Assembly (NCBI GenBank): GCA_028867335.1
Contig: JAGWGN010000001.1
Span: 22,910-86,909, forward strand
Direction: 5' to 3'
From: Candidatus Micrarchaeota archaeon
GTDB lineage: Archaea; Micrarchaeota; Micrarchaeia; Micrarchaeales; CABMGC01
Length of the DNA stretch: 64,000 nt
Shown: one piece after another, positions 28,517-38,175 of the stretch
Layout of the letters: the number at the start of each line of letters is the position of its first letter
Numbering within the stretch: position 1 is the stretch's first letter
Made by a program: the position numbers and the translations under genes
Notes under the pieces: generated by a model
Databases searched by the model: none
What the model saw: the letters and a program-made list of their open reading frames with translations, nothing else
Told to the model about the DNA's origin: nothing

Positions 28517-28882
28517 ATGAAAGATTGTATCTTCTGCAAGATTCCGGCGCAAGAAAGCGAAAAACTGCTCTTCAAGGACGACGCATGCTATGTTATCTAT
28601 GACAAGTACCCCATCGAGAAAGGCCACATGCTTGTGATCTCTCTGCAGCACTACGAAAACCTCCTAGAGGTGCCTGAGGATATCAGCGCCAAGATGATCG
28701 CGGTCGCAAAGAGGTTCGGCAAGAGCGCGCTAGAGGAGTTCAAAGCTACCGGAATCAACATCGTGGCAAACAACGGAAGGGATGCAAACCAGATAATAAT
28801 GCACGCACACATCCACGTTCTGCCAAGATATCCAAATACCTCCGGAAAGCCGCACTACAAGATTGCAGGGGCAAAGGAGTGA
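28517..28882 (+). CDS. HIT family hydrolase
   Basis: DCIFCKI, HAHIHVLPR. Confidence 0.92.
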   Translation: MKDCIFCKIPAQESEKLLFKDDACYVIYDKYPIEKGHMLVISLQHYENLLEVPEDISAKMIAVAKRFGKSALEEFKATGINIVANNGRDANQIIMHAHIHVLPRYPNTSGKPHYKIAGAKE

Positions 28883-28919
28883 AGGGCTAGCTAACCTTTC
28901 CAATAAAAAATAATGCCCG

Positions 28920-28954
28920 CCGCCCAAGAAGGCGGAGGGCGAAAACCCGCCCTC
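28920..28954. terminator. GC-rich hairpin(s) between convergent genes
   Basis: GAGGGCG-AAAACC-CGCCCTC (28935-28954) and CCGCC-CAAGAA-GGCGG; T-tract follows on the minus strand. Confidence 0.45.
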
Positions 28955-29797
28955 TTACTTGAGGTCAATCACTATTCCTCCGATCTTCGATGCCACAAAG
29001 TTGAAGATCAGGATTCCAATGTACGCCGAGATGAATGTGACTATCACATTGGTTATCAGCGATGTTAAAATCCTCACCGCTCCTGCGGAGAAGTCGTGTC
29101 CCGTGCCAAGCGCTGTAAGCACGCCAATAATGAAGGTCATCACAACCCCTATCAAGGTGACTATCTTTGCGTAGCCCATCGGATCCACGCGCTTTAGCGC
29201 AGTCGGCTTCCCTGTGATGCTGATTCCTATCCCCCCGACATTCTTGGTGAAGAAGTTGAAGAGTATCACATACACCGCAGCCCCAATCGCCCCTATTATC
29301 AGGAAGAGTATCGGCAGCCCGACCAGCGCAAACCCTGAGACCACTCCCAGGAGCGCCCCGCCCGATCCCATCATCGCACTGCTCAGAAGGGATGGTAGCG
29401 CGAAGGTGGCCACTATTCCAAGCACAAGTCCTGCAATCAATGCCCCGATTGCAACGATCTTAACGTATGATGCCATGTCTATTCCATTCACACTCGTCGG
29501 CTTTCCCGAGATGTTGAACTTGACCCCGCCTATCGCCTCAGCGATAACGTTGTATATCGCAGCGCTGATCACGGAGAAAACGAAGCCCAAGATAGCACCC
29601 CCGACTATTCCGAGTATCGGCAGCCCGATTATCACGGCGCCTCCCAAGGCCCCGCTCAATGCCGCAGGGAAGAGCGTTTTTCCGAGCACCGCGAATACGG
29701 CGTCAAAAACCAGCATGGCAACAAGCCCGTAGATTGCCCCGAGCACCGCGTAAATCTTTCCAATCGACATCAGGTCGATCCTTCTTAAGGTCTGCAT
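28955..29797 (-). CDS. Membrane protein of three tandem DUF3566-like repeats
   Basis: Units start RRIDLMSIGKI / NGIDMASYVKI / KRVDPMGYAKI and end (Y/F)N......GG(V/I). Confidence 0.75.
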   Translation of the reverse strand: MQTLRRIDLMSIGKIYAVLGAIYGLVAMLVFDAVFAVLGKTLFPAALSGALGGAVIIGLPILGIVGGAILGFVFSVISAAIYNVIAEAIGGVKFNISGKPTSVNGIDMASYVKIVAIGALIAGLVLGIVATFALPSLLSSAMMGSGGALLGVVSGFALVGLPILFLIIGAIGAAVYVILFNFFTKNVGGIGISITGKPTALKRVDPMGYAKIVTLIGVVMTFIIGVLTALGTGHDFSAGAVRILTSLITNVIVTFISAYIGILIFNFVASKIGGIVIDLK

Positions 29798-29945
29798 ATC
29801 ATCATAGTACTTGCCAATTCAAGATTTATATGCCTTTCAAGCCCCATCCGGGGCCGCAAAACACGCCCGACTTTCTCCGAGGCGAAATTCCACTAATCCG
29901 AAAAACTTTATAAATCTATAAGAAGTAAGCTACTCAGGCGAGCAT

Positions 29946-30227
29946 ATGAAAATATCTGACATATATCACATGGATATCTACAGTGATTCCGGACAATATC
30001 TTGGCGACGTCCAGGATGTAATAGTCGATCTGGAAAGAGGAGAACTCAGCAGGTTGCTGACAGTACCATGGAAGAATGCGAAGGGAGACGTCAAGGTTGT
30101 CCTTAGGCAGAAGAGCATTCTCTACAAGAACGTGAAGAACGTTGGAGACGTGGTTTTGGTTTCGTCATTGCCAGGGGCAAAGGCGGATGATGTCTCAAGG
30201 GAAGAAGCAACGGATCTTTCAAGATAA
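29946..30227 (+). CDS. PRC-barrel domain protein (CdpB-like)
   Basis: IYSDSGQYLGDVQDVIVD...VKNVGDVVLV. Confidence 0.88.
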   Translation: MKISDIYHMDIYSDSGQYLGDVQDVIVDLERGELSRLLTVPWKNAKGDVKVVLRQKSILYKNVKNVGDVVLVSSLPGAKADDVSREEATDLSR

Positions 30228-30291
30228 GTTTTGTTTTACGGCAGGGGCTAGACTCCCCTTCTATTTTATCACACTCTAGCGCAAGCCCTGC

Positions 30292-30831
30292 CTACTCAGT
30301 TATCGGTTTTGGAAGCCTGACGCCTCGCTGAGCGTTGTATCCTCCCTGGTATGCGTTCTCCACCCTGCTTGTCGCCTTGACAAAGACAATGTGTGCAAAG
30401 CGCACCATCGGCCTGAGCCTTATCTTGTATGGGGAGTTGTTTATCACTTCAAGGGTTATCGTGCCCTTGAATCCTGCATCGATTATCGTAGGCGGCATGG
30501 AGAGTCCGTGCCTTGCCCATGTGCTTCTAAGCTCGACAAAGCCGACCACGTCATCAGGCATGCTGATGAACTCGTTTGTCGATAGGAGGACCTGTTCCTT
30601 TCCCTTGATTATTATCTCCTTGACTCCCTTCTCCACCTGGAAGGCGGATTCTATCGTGTCCTTGTCGTTTGGCTCCATGATGAACTCATCGCCCATCTGC
30701 TTGTGCCTGCCCACCTCATCTGCCAGCCTGAAGTCAACCCCGTTCTCGCGGACGATCGTCTCGGCGAACGGATCGATTATGAGCCTCTTGCTCTTTATCA
30801 TATTCATTAGGTCGAAGTCGGATAGTATCAT
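30292..30831 (-). CDS. dcd: dCTP deaminase
   Basis: MILSD, ENGVDFRL, LRSTWARHGL, IDAGFKGTITLE, YQGGYNAQ. Confidence 0.92.
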   Translation of the reverse strand: MILSDFDLMNMIKSKRLIIDPFAETIVRENGVDFRLADEVGRHKQMGDEFIMEPNDKDTIESAFQVEKGVKEIIIKGKEQVLLSTNEFISMPDDVVGFVELRSTWARHGLSMPPTIIDAGFKGTITLEVINNSPYKIRLRPMVRFAHIVFVKATSRVENAYQGGYNAQRGVRLPKPITE

Positions 30832-30902
30832 TTAACCCCCATCAGAACATTATTAATAAATTAGCGAGCAATAAAGATTAAAGCCTATCAGTCAGGTTAG
30901 GC

Positions 30903-30977
30903 GCTCCCATCGTCTAGTCCGGTCAAGGACGTGGGGCTTTCAACCCTAAAACTCGGGTTCAAATCCCGATGGGAGCA
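30903..30977 (+). tRNA. tRNA-Glu(TTC)
   Basis: GCTCCCA/TGGGAGC acceptor; TGGGG-CTTTCAA-CCCTA. Confidence 0.93.
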
Positions 30978-30999
30978 ACTATTTTCATGGTGTGGCCGC

Positions 31000-31866
31000 A
31001 TGCAAGAGACATCCAAAGTCAGGGAGACAAACCTATCCCCTGCATACCTAAGGTCCCTTGCGGGGGACATCCCGTATTCTAGGGAGATTGCAAATGCTAT
31101 AAATGCGCAGAGGGAGTACGAGCTCAAGTGGAAAGGTGACAGCGGCTTCTTCTACATGGCGCCGTTCATGGAGTTCAGATACAAGTCCATCACCGAGTTC
31201 GTAAAGAAAACCGGATTCAAGCAGGTCCTCGAGATCGCGGCCGGCTGGTCGACGCGCGGAATGGAGATGACTGAGGACCCAACAATAACCTACCTGGAGA
31301 CGGATCAGAGCGGCGAGGAGATATCTAAGAAAAATAAGATAGTAAATGAGATGCTGGGCGGGCAAAGAGAGAACCTCCACCTCCTGCAGCTTGATGCCCT
31401 CACGGGCACAGGGCTTGCGGAGGCCCTCAAAATCCTTGGAAACAAACCCACGTGCGTTGTCCACGAGGGTTTGCTCAGGTACATGCTCCATGAAACCAAG
31501 GCGAAGATAATAGAGAACATAAAGTCGGTGATGCGCGCCACAGGCGGAGTATACATAACCCCTGACATAATCACCAGCGATTCGAGAGACCAGTTTCCGA
31601 ATCTGCAAAAGCACTTCAAAACGGCCGCGCAAGTCCAATCCAAAGCCCTGGGCATCGAGATAGAGAAATGCTTTTTCAAGGACCAGGACGAGGCGCAGAA
31701 TTTCTTCGAAGGGTGCGGGCTGAGCGTCGAGCGGCACACTCAGGGTGAGTTCGTTAAGAGCTCCTCATCGATCAAGAATCTGGAGTCGAGGGACCCCAAA
31801 GTCGAATGGAAGGACGTCCTGAAGTTTGTTTCGAATCGCCCTATCTGGATGATGAGGCTAAAATAA
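31000..31866 (+). CDS. SAM-dependent methyltransferase (leucine carboxyl methyltransferase-like)
   Basis: QVLEIAAGWSTRG, YLETD, VVHEGLLRY. Confidence 0.8.
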   Translation: MQETSKVRETNLSPAYLRSLAGDIPYSREIANAINAQREYELKWKGDSGFFYMAPFMEFRYKSITEFVKKTGFKQVLEIAAGWSTRGMEMTEDPTITYLETDQSGEEISKKNKIVNEMLGGQRENLHLLQLDALTGTGLAEALKILGNKPTCVVHEGLLRYMLHETKAKIIENIKSVMRATGGVYITPDIITSDSRDQFPNLQKHFKTAAQVQSKALGIEIEKCFFKDQDEAQNFFEGCGLSVERHTQGEFVKSSSSIKNLESRDPKVEWKDVLKFVSNRPIWMMRLK

Positions 31867-31877
31867 TCCTGTGCAAA

Positions 31878-32774
31878 CTATCTTTTCGAAAGCTTCGCAA
31901 TCTTGCCCAGGTCCCGCTCAATCACCGCGTCCGCAAGCGTGCTCTTCTCCCTGCCCTGCGGTGCAATCCTAAACGAGTCGATAATTCCTTTGGAGGCATA
32001 CACTCTCATTATCCTAAGCGCATCGTCTCTCTCCAGGATCCCAATCTCCATCAGCGCGTTAAGATCGTTTTGCGCATGCCATGTATTGAGCTCCCTTGCC
32101 ACAGCAGGGTTCTTTTTGTCGCCGCTCGAATAGAATCTTTCAGAGCCTGCACCGTTCAAACGTTCGAGAACGAGCGCCCCAAATTCCTGTTTTAGAAACG
32201 ACTTGCTGACCAAAGCATGTCTATGGAGCTCCTTTGCGAAGTCCGCGAACTCTGGAATCTTTCCCTCATTTATCCACCTCGAGCATATCCTCATTGCCTT
32301 ATCGACATACTCCGCGGTTTCCTTGCCGCTAAGTATCCCCGAAAGCTGCGCATTCTGCAACCTCTCCACAAAATCCGACACTCCAAGCGATATGCCCAGC
32401 TTGATCCCCATTTCGCCCTTCGACTCCTTCCTGCTTACCTCCCAGGCCCTCTCCAGGTTCCTGTTCAATGAAGACCTAACCCCTCTGCTTAACCCCTCCC
32501 TTAGTTTTTCTGGCAAAACCCTCTCTTGGTTTAGCCTCTTTATTATCAGAAACGAGTTTTTTATGTACCGATGCGATGCCGCATGGTAATCCTCCTTGAG
32601 ATGGCCCAGCAACATCCCATGGAGATTTGAGATAACCCTCTCCCGCTCAAATCCTATCTCTCTCGATTTGCCGATAAGCCCTTTGATTGACTGGTAGGAG
32701 TTTTCAAAAATAGCGTCTTGGAGTGAGTTCTCCAGGCTCTCGTTTGTAACCTTTCTTTGCAGCAACGTTCCCAT
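31878..32774 (-). CDS. Hypothetical alpha-helical protein
   Basis: 298-aa ORF. Confidence 0.65.
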   Translation of the reverse strand: MGTLLQRKVTNESLENSLQDAIFENSYQSIKGLIGKSREIGFERERVISNLHGMLLGHLKEDYHAASHRYIKNSFLIIKRLNQERVLPEKLREGLSRGVRSSLNRNLERAWEVSRKESKGEMGIKLGISLGVSDFVERLQNAQLSGILSGKETAEYVDKAMRICSRWINEGKIPEFADFAKELHRHALVSKSFLKQEFGALVLERLNGAGSERFYSSGDKKNPAVARELNTWHAQNDLNALMEIGILERDDALRIMRVYASKGIIDSFRIAPQGREKSTLADAVIERDLGKIAKLSKR

Positions 32775-32785
32775 GCGACCAACAT

Positions 32786-33451
32786 CTACCTTATCCTGTT
32801 TGCCTTCCTGAAATCCCCGTGGAACTCCGATCCCGCCCTGTATAGCATCAAGGCGCCTGTTATTGCAAAGACCACTATTATGCTGATGGATGCGACCATC
32901 AGTGAAAGCGACTGGAACTCAGGCGGGTTAGCGTACGCGATGTTTGAAAATGCGAATGCGCCCAGCACGAACACTATCCACATCACAAGCGAGGCAAAGC
33001 CTATCTCGTAGTACTTCTGCCCGAAGATAGCATCGAGGAACGTGTACATGAGCAGAAGTATCCCGCCCAGGCTAAAGAGGATCATAAGCGAGGCAAAGCC
33101 CGGCACAAGAGTCACGGGAAGCGTGAAGAGCACAGCGCCTATCCCGATCCCAAGCAGGAATATCCCGATGTTTCGGGAATGGATTGCGTGCTCCTTTGCG
33201 CTCATCATCCTTGTCGTGCTGTAGTGCTTGAGGCTGATGCTTGCCATTATCAGCGCAAGGCCGATTGCAAAGAGAATTCCCCACATGAAGAACACGTTGG
33301 GGACATTACCCATGAAGTTCTGGGAGAGAAGCGTTGTGAATACAAAGCCGATCGCATAGATCGTGGCGAACATGACCATCAAGAGCCCGATCGTCCTCCT
33401 GTTCTGGGCAGCCCAAAAGCGCCTTACATGATCCCTTGCATGCCTTACCAC
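32786..33451 (-). CDS. Membrane protein (about 6 TM)
   Basis: Hydrophobic segments; co-oriented downstream of prepilin peptidase. Confidence 0.7.
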   Translation of the reverse strand: MVRHARDHVRRFWAAQNRRTIGLLMVMFATIYAIGFVFTTLLSQNFMGNVPNVFFMWGILFAIGLALIMASISLKHYSTTRMMSAKEHAIHSRNIGIFLLGIGIGAVLFTLPVTLVPGFASLMILFSLGGILLLMYTFLDAIFGQKYYEIGFASLVMWIVFVLGAFAFSNIAYANPPEFQSLSLMVASISIIVVFAITGALMLYRAGSEFHGDFRKANRIR

Positions 33452-33495
33452 AATTCCACCAATAAGCTTGAGTATTATTAATTTAAAATCCTTCC

Positions 33496-34377
33496 CTAGA
33501 GGATCAGCAGTATCAGGTTTCCGAAGAGAAGCGCCGCCACAATTCCGATGAGGGTAGGGAAGGCGAGCGGTATGGCGTTCTTGTACACAGGCAGCTTTTT
33601 CCTCAGAGGCGAAAGCTTTCCGACCATCTCCTTTGTCGCAACCCTTCCGAATTCTTTGTATCTCTTGGCAAAGAAGGCAATGTCCTTTTTGCCCATTAGT
33701 TCTACGGCGACAAAGTCCTCAACCTCAAGCTCCCTTGGGTACACCCACCTCACCATCTGCGCCTTCATCTCCTCTTCGTATATGATTGCCACAACCGAGG
33801 GCACGCCAATCAGCGCTGTGATCGCCCATGCCACGATGCTAAATCCAAACGAGTAGGTCACAAAGAGCAGCAGCGAGCCGTAGGCCAGGATCATTATGCT
33901 CGCCTTTGCCGCCGTGTTCGCCTTCATGCCTCTTATTGGCGCAAGCCTCTTTCCCCTGCGCATGTGCGCTATGCAGTACGCCGGGACGAGCACGATCGCC
34001 GCGACCCCTGTCGCAACGAACACCGAGAGCATAAACGGCAGCCCCAGCTGGCTTGCCGCGGAGAGCAGGGGTGCTGGCTGCATCGGCACGATCAGGGAGA
34101 TTGCCACAAACTCAAAGCCGTCCCCAAGCCCCATCTGCCCGACCTTATAGAGCAGGTACGAGAGCGCGCCGACTATTGCGGCAACGATCGCGCTGTAGAG
34201 GATCTGCTGCACATCCCAGAGGGCGAGCGTGAAAACGATTCCAATGGCAACGCTCCCGTAGGCCATCATGTCCGGTATGTTCCTCCTGTTGAAGAGGTCG
34301 TAGCATGCGTAGACGATGGCGATGATGAGCAGGGCGGCGATGCGCAGAAAATTGACCTCAAAAGCAGGGAAAGGCAT
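33496..34377 (-). CDS. Prepilin/preflagellin peptidase (A24, FlaK/PibD-like)
   Basis: YDLFNRRNIPD, MGLGDG, C-terminal AIPLAFP. Confidence 0.85.
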   Translation of the reverse strand: MPFPAFEVNFLRIAALLIIAIVYACYDLFNRRNIPDMMAYGSVAIGIVFTLALWDVQQILYSAIVAAIVGALSYLLYKVGQMGLGDGFEFVAISLIVPMQPAPLLSAASQLGLPFMLSVFVATGVAAIVLVPAYCIAHMRRGKRLAPIRGMKANTAAKASIMILAYGSLLLFVTYSFGFSIVAWAITALIGVPSVVAIIYEEEMKAQMVRWVYPRELEVEDFVAVELMGKKDIAFFAKRYKEFGRVATKEMVGKLSPLRKKLPVYKNAIPLAFPTLIGIVAALLFGNLILLIL

Positions 34378-34592
34378 CTAACCAATCATTCTTTCTTGTA
34401 GAAAAGATTTAAATATCATGATCTCCACAATCTAATCAAGGAGAAAGCTATGCAATACCGACTATGGCAGTTCTATGTACATAGGTGTGTGGTTAGCGTA
34501 GCTACAAAGTTCTTTATTGGAGGCAACATGAACATCTCATTGTTGCCTGCCATCGCATAAGGGTTTCTGTCTTTCAGTTTTGGTGGTGCCCT

Positions 34593-34952
34593 ATGCGAGG
34601 AATATATAGAGAATATATCAAGAATTCAATAAAAGCCCTAGTTAGAACCAGAAAGGAGCAGATCATTATGGCCGAAATCGGCTTTGACGAGATATCCACA
34701 GCGACGAGCTTTGTGGAGTACCTCTACGAGAAGTACGGGTTCTCGAGATCCTGCATCTGGTACAACCTAAAGAAGCTTAAGCACAAGGGAGTGCTTGATT
34801 TTGCTGAAAAGTGCGAGTCGGAGGTGAACAAGCCTCTGTTCCTGACCAAGGAGGGAGTTGGGACTCTGAGGGCCATTCTATCACGAGGAGTTGCGGCGCA
34901 GGGAGTGGCGCCGAAACCCTCAGGGTTTGGCGGTGTGGTTAGCCCTTCCTAG
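34593..34952 (+). CDS. Winged-helix protein
   Basis: FSRSCIWYNLKKLKHKGVLDF...LFLTKEG. Confidence 0.7.
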   Translation: MRGIYREYIKNSIKALVRTRKEQIIMAEIGFDEISTATSFVEYLYEKYGFSRSCIWYNLKKLKHKGVLDFAEKCESEVNKPLFLTKEGVGTLRAILSRGVAAQGVAPKPSGFGGVVSPS

Positions 34953-35000
34953 AGCACAGATAGCTTTTTAAGCCTGAATATGTTAGTAAGTGTGATATTT

Positions 35001-35225
35001 ATGGCGAAGAAAAGCACAACCAAAAACGTAAGCGTAAGCGATGAGGTAAAGAAGGCGGTGAGCGACAAAGCATCACGAAACATAGTCGCAGCACTTGCGA
35101 TAATCATCGGAGTACTACTCATTTTGTTCAATCTTGCAGGAATAATCTATTCTGTGGCGGGATTGGTCCTGATCTACTTCGGGCTAAAGCTCTTCGGGTA
35201 CAGCATACCGATGCCAAAGATGTAA
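35001..35225 (+). CDS. Small membrane protein (2 TM)
   Basis: Hydrophobic hairpin. Confidence 0.6.
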   Translation: MAKKSTTKNVSVSDEVKKAVSDKASRNIVAALAIIIGVLLILFNLAGIIYSVAGLVLIYFGLKLFGYSIPMPKM

Positions 35226-35226
35226 G

Positions 35227-35532
35227 TCAGATCTTTGCGCCCTCCAGGGCAAGGAGAACTTTCTTAGTGGCAACTCCGTAGGCGTAGCCTCCCAATTTGC
35301 CCTTTGAGGCCACTACGCGGTGGCAGGGTATGAGGAAGGGGAGCGGATTCTTGTTCATTATGTTCCCAACCGCGCGATACGCCCTGGGCCTTCCGCTCAT
35401 CGCCGCAAGCTGCTTGTATGAGAGCGTCGAGCCGCGCTTTATCTCAAGGGTGTTTAGCAGCACCCGTTTCTCAAAATCGGTTAGCCCATAGAATTCAAGG
35501 CCTCGCCTGAGCACGCTTTTTAGGATCGGCAT
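35227..35532 (-). CDS. ogt: O6-alkylguanine DNA alkyltransferase (short form)
   Basis: SYKQLA, RAVG, NPLPFLIPCHRV. Confidence 0.9.
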   Translation of the reverse strand: MPILKSVLRRGLEFYGLTDFEKRVLLNTLEIKRGSTLSYKQLAAMSGRPRAYRAVGNIMNKNPLPFLIPCHRVVASKGKLGGYAYGVATKKVLLALEGAKI

Positions 35533-35590
35533 TGCACCACAGATACCCTTTAGACGCAGAGTTTTAAATCCTAAATGCGCTTATCCTACC

Positions 35591-36502
35591 ATGCCTAATC
35601 AGCAATACATCTGGTTCGACGGAAAGTTTCAGAAGTTCGAGGACGTGAAGGTCCACGTGCTGACCCACTCGCTGCAGTACGGCAGCGGAATATTCGAGGG
35701 GATAAGGTCGTATGAGACAAAGGGCAACGCCGCGGTGTTTAGGCTAAAGGAGCACGTCGACAGGTTCTTTAGGAGCGCGGAGGTCTACATGATCCCTCTC
35801 AACTACAGCCGCGAGCAGATACACGACGCGATACTTGCGACTCTAAAGAAGAACAATCTCAAGACCGCATACGTAAGGCCATTTGGTTTCTACAACGACC
35901 AGAGGATAGGCCTCGACGTCACGGGTAAGAAGACGAGCATCTCGATCGCTGCGATTCCATTCGGCAACTACTTTGCGGGAAAGGAGAAGGGAGTGAGGTG
36001 CAAGGTCTCCTCCTGGCACAAGATCAACTCGCTGATACTTCCGCCCCAGGCAAAGGCGAGCGGGAACTACCTCAACTCAATCATCGCCTCGATCGACGCG
36101 AAGGTCGCAGGATTTGACGAGGCTATCCTTCTCTCGGGAAACGGATACGTGGCCGAGGGGCCCGGGGAGAACGTCTTTGCAGTTAGGGAAAACACCCTGG
36201 TTACCCCGTCAAAAGATGCGGACATACTTCTCGGGATAACAAGGGACTCTGTGATAAAGATTGCACAGAGCATGGGGATAGAGGTTGTGGAGAGGCAGAT
36301 GCACAAAGAGGAGCTCTACACCGCCGACGAGCTCTTCTTCACCGGGACGGCCGCCGAGATAACCCACATCTCCGAGGTCGACGGCAGGGTGATAAACAAG
36401 GCAAAGATGGGTCCCATCACAAAGATGCTCTCCTCAAAGTTCTCGGACATAATCACGGGACGGGACAAGGAGTTCTCAGAGTGGCTTACAAACATATACT
36501 AG
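35591..36502 (+). CDS. ilvE: Branched-chain amino acid aminotransferase
   Basis: LQYGSGIFEGIRSY, AKASGNY, EGPGEN, LLGITRDSV, FTGTAAE. Confidence 0.95.
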   Translation: MPNQQYIWFDGKFQKFEDVKVHVLTHSLQYGSGIFEGIRSYETKGNAAVFRLKEHVDRFFRSAEVYMIPLNYSREQIHDAILATLKKNNLKTAYVRPFGFYNDQRIGLDVTGKKTSISIAAIPFGNYFAGKEKGVRCKVSSWHKINSLILPPQAKASGNYLNSIIASIDAKVAGFDEAILLSGNGYVAEGPGENVFAVRENTLVTPSKDADILLGITRDSVIKIAQSMGIEVVERQMHKEELYTADELFFTGTAAEITHISEVDGRVINKAKMGPITKMLSSKFSDIITGRDKEFSEWLTNIY

Positions 36503-36509
36503 TGAAATC

Positions 36510-36782
36510 ATGGAGAGCGAAACAACGGAGTGGATGGAGATAATTGCCTGGTTTGCGATTCCGATAGTATTTCTTGGTGCGATAGCCGGATACGAGTACG
36601 CCTCTGGCAACCTTATTGTCGCGGCGATATTTGTGATCCTCTTCCTCGTGGTGATTGCAAGGAGGATTATCATAACGCGCAAGGAGGTCGAGCCGATCTT
36701 CGAGGCGGAGATGCAGCTTGAGAAGGGAAAGGATGAAACAGAGGGTCAGGATGCGCCTAAAGAAGCTTCAGGGCCGCAGTGA
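36510..36782 (+). CDS. Small membrane protein
   Basis: Two hydrophobic segments; 7 bp after ilvE. Confidence 0.6.
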   Translation: MESETTEWMEIIAWFAIPIVFLGAIAGYEYASGNLIVAAIFVILFLVVIARRIIITRKEVEPIFEAEMQLEKGKDETEGQDAPKEASGPQ

Positions 36783-37131
36783 ACTTGTCTATCTCCTCGC
36801 TCTTCCAGGGCCCTATTCCAAGGGCGGTCTTCGTGTCCGGAGGGAGCTGCGTCATCCCCCTGTCCGATATGAGGGCGCAGGGTATCCCCTTGTACTTGAA
36901 TGCTTGGAACAGCTTTACCATCGTCTCGACGCTGTCGACCTTTAGGACGATCTTCTTCTGCCCTGCCTCAAGCCAGCGCTCAACAACCTTCTTGTCCTTC
37001 TCGACCGCGTCCATGTAGCTTGAGAGCGAGGCGTGCGCGCACTGTGCGGCGAGCTTGCCCTTGCCCATCTCTATGTCGGTGCGGATAACTATGACCTGTT
37101 TTATCTCGTCCTCAGCTGCCGTCTTTGCCAT
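36757..37131 (-). CDS. pth2: Peptidyl-tRNA hydrolase Pth2
   Basis: KQVIVIRTD, MGKGKLAAQCAHA, GQKKIVLK, DRGMTQ, LGIGP. Confidence 0.95.
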   Translation of the reverse strand: MAKTAAEDEIKQVIVIRTDIEMGKGKLAAQCAHASLSSYMDAVEKDKKVVERWLEAGQKKIVLKVDSVETMVKLFQAFKYKGIPCALISDRGMTQLPPDTKTALGIGPWKSEEIDKFTAALKLL

Positions 37132-37247
37132 GTCAGAGTTGTGGGAACCAAACTTTTTATTACCGTAAGTATGCGAAATTCCTCAATCAACGAAGTGCAA
37201 AGAAGCATTATTAAATAGCAAAGCACGAAGGATTTCACCGTGATGCA

Positions 37248-37376
37248 ATGGCGAAACAAAAAACATTCGATTTCGGCGCAGAGCTGATAGGCTCCCGATC
37301 GAAGTCCCAGGTGGATTCCTCCGCTTCGATGACAGGCGTGCTCAAGAACACCAGAAGATCCGACCTTCTCGATTAG
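37248..37376 (+). CDS. Small hypothetical protein (42 aa)
   Basis: MAKQKTFDFGAELIGSRSKSQ...; TTATTAAATA upstream. Confidence 0.35.
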   Translation: MAKQKTFDFGAELIGSRSKSQVDSSASMTGVLKNTRRSDLLD

Positions 37377-37466
37377 AAAAAATCGCAGAAACCCTTGTTT
37401 TATTGCGTAAAAAACGCTGGATAAAGAACGCTTATAAACCGCCAAAACAAGATTATTGTGGTTAAC

Positions 37467-38096
37467 ATGCCAACAACAAATAGCATCTCAAAAATCTATG
37501 ACAGCGCGATACAGGCGAAGGTTACGGGCAACAAGCTTGCAGTTGTGGAGGACAAGGAGTTCTCATTTGGCAGGATGCACACCGAGCTTGTGAACATGCC
37601 GATGAGCATCATAACTGAGCAAAAACCGGAGATCGAAGGATTTCTGATGGACCTGCTCGGCGGGTCAAGCTCAAAAGGCGCTAAAGGCAGAAGGGCGAAA
37701 AGCATCCAAAATTCTACAAACCTCGACAATATCGAGGCCACGATTTCAACCTTGAAGAAAGTGCAGAGACCTGCCCCTGTGGAAATCGGGATCTCCCCTG
37801 GCCAGAAGAGCAGGGTCCTGACAAGCAGGCAGGTGGAGAAGGCACTTGCGCACGACATCGAGTACAGCGAGGCCGAAATGTACCTTATGGATTCTGTAAA
37901 GAGGGGAAACACCTTCACATCAGAAGCGGTTGAACTTATCGTAAACGTTGCCTCGCACATGAGGAAGTTTGCAGTGGTGGAGCTGGAAAAGATCGCGCTA
38001 GAAAGAAGCATCCTATCTCCTCTAGAAAAGAGCCTTTCGTCTCTTGCGTCAAAATTGCACAATCTGCACGCCACAATGAACAAGGGCTCAGAGTAA
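37467..38096 (+). CDS. Hypothetical protein
   Basis: ~209 aa; CTTATAAA upstream, T-rich terminator downstream. Confidence 0.7.
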   Translation: MPTTNSISKIYDSAIQAKVTGNKLAVVEDKEFSFGRMHTELVNMPMSIITEQKPEIEGFLMDLLGGSSSKGAKGRRAKSIQNSTNLDNIEATISTLKKVQRPAPVEIGISPGQKSRVLTSRQVEKALAHDIEYSEAEMYLMDSVKRGNTFTSEAVELIVNVASHMRKFAVVELEKIALERSILSPLEKSLSSLASKLHNLHATMNKGSE

Positions 38097-38175
38097 AGCA
38101 AGCCCTTTTTCCCTTTTTATTTTCTTTTTTCACACTCTTTATATATTTTAAAACCGCTATCTCTCACGTGGTTTC

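Noticed and set aside
30241..30292. GGCAGGG...CCCTGCC bulged hairpin
   Set aside because: Lies between convergent genes; most simply a terminator-like structure.
30931..30999. Methyltransferase extension overlapping tRNA-Glu
   Set aside because: ATG at 31000 avoids the overlap.
33452..33463. TTCCACCAAT as another copy of the promoter motif
   Set aside because: Better explained as the reverse complement of a GGTGG Shine-Dalgarno before the GTG start at 33451.
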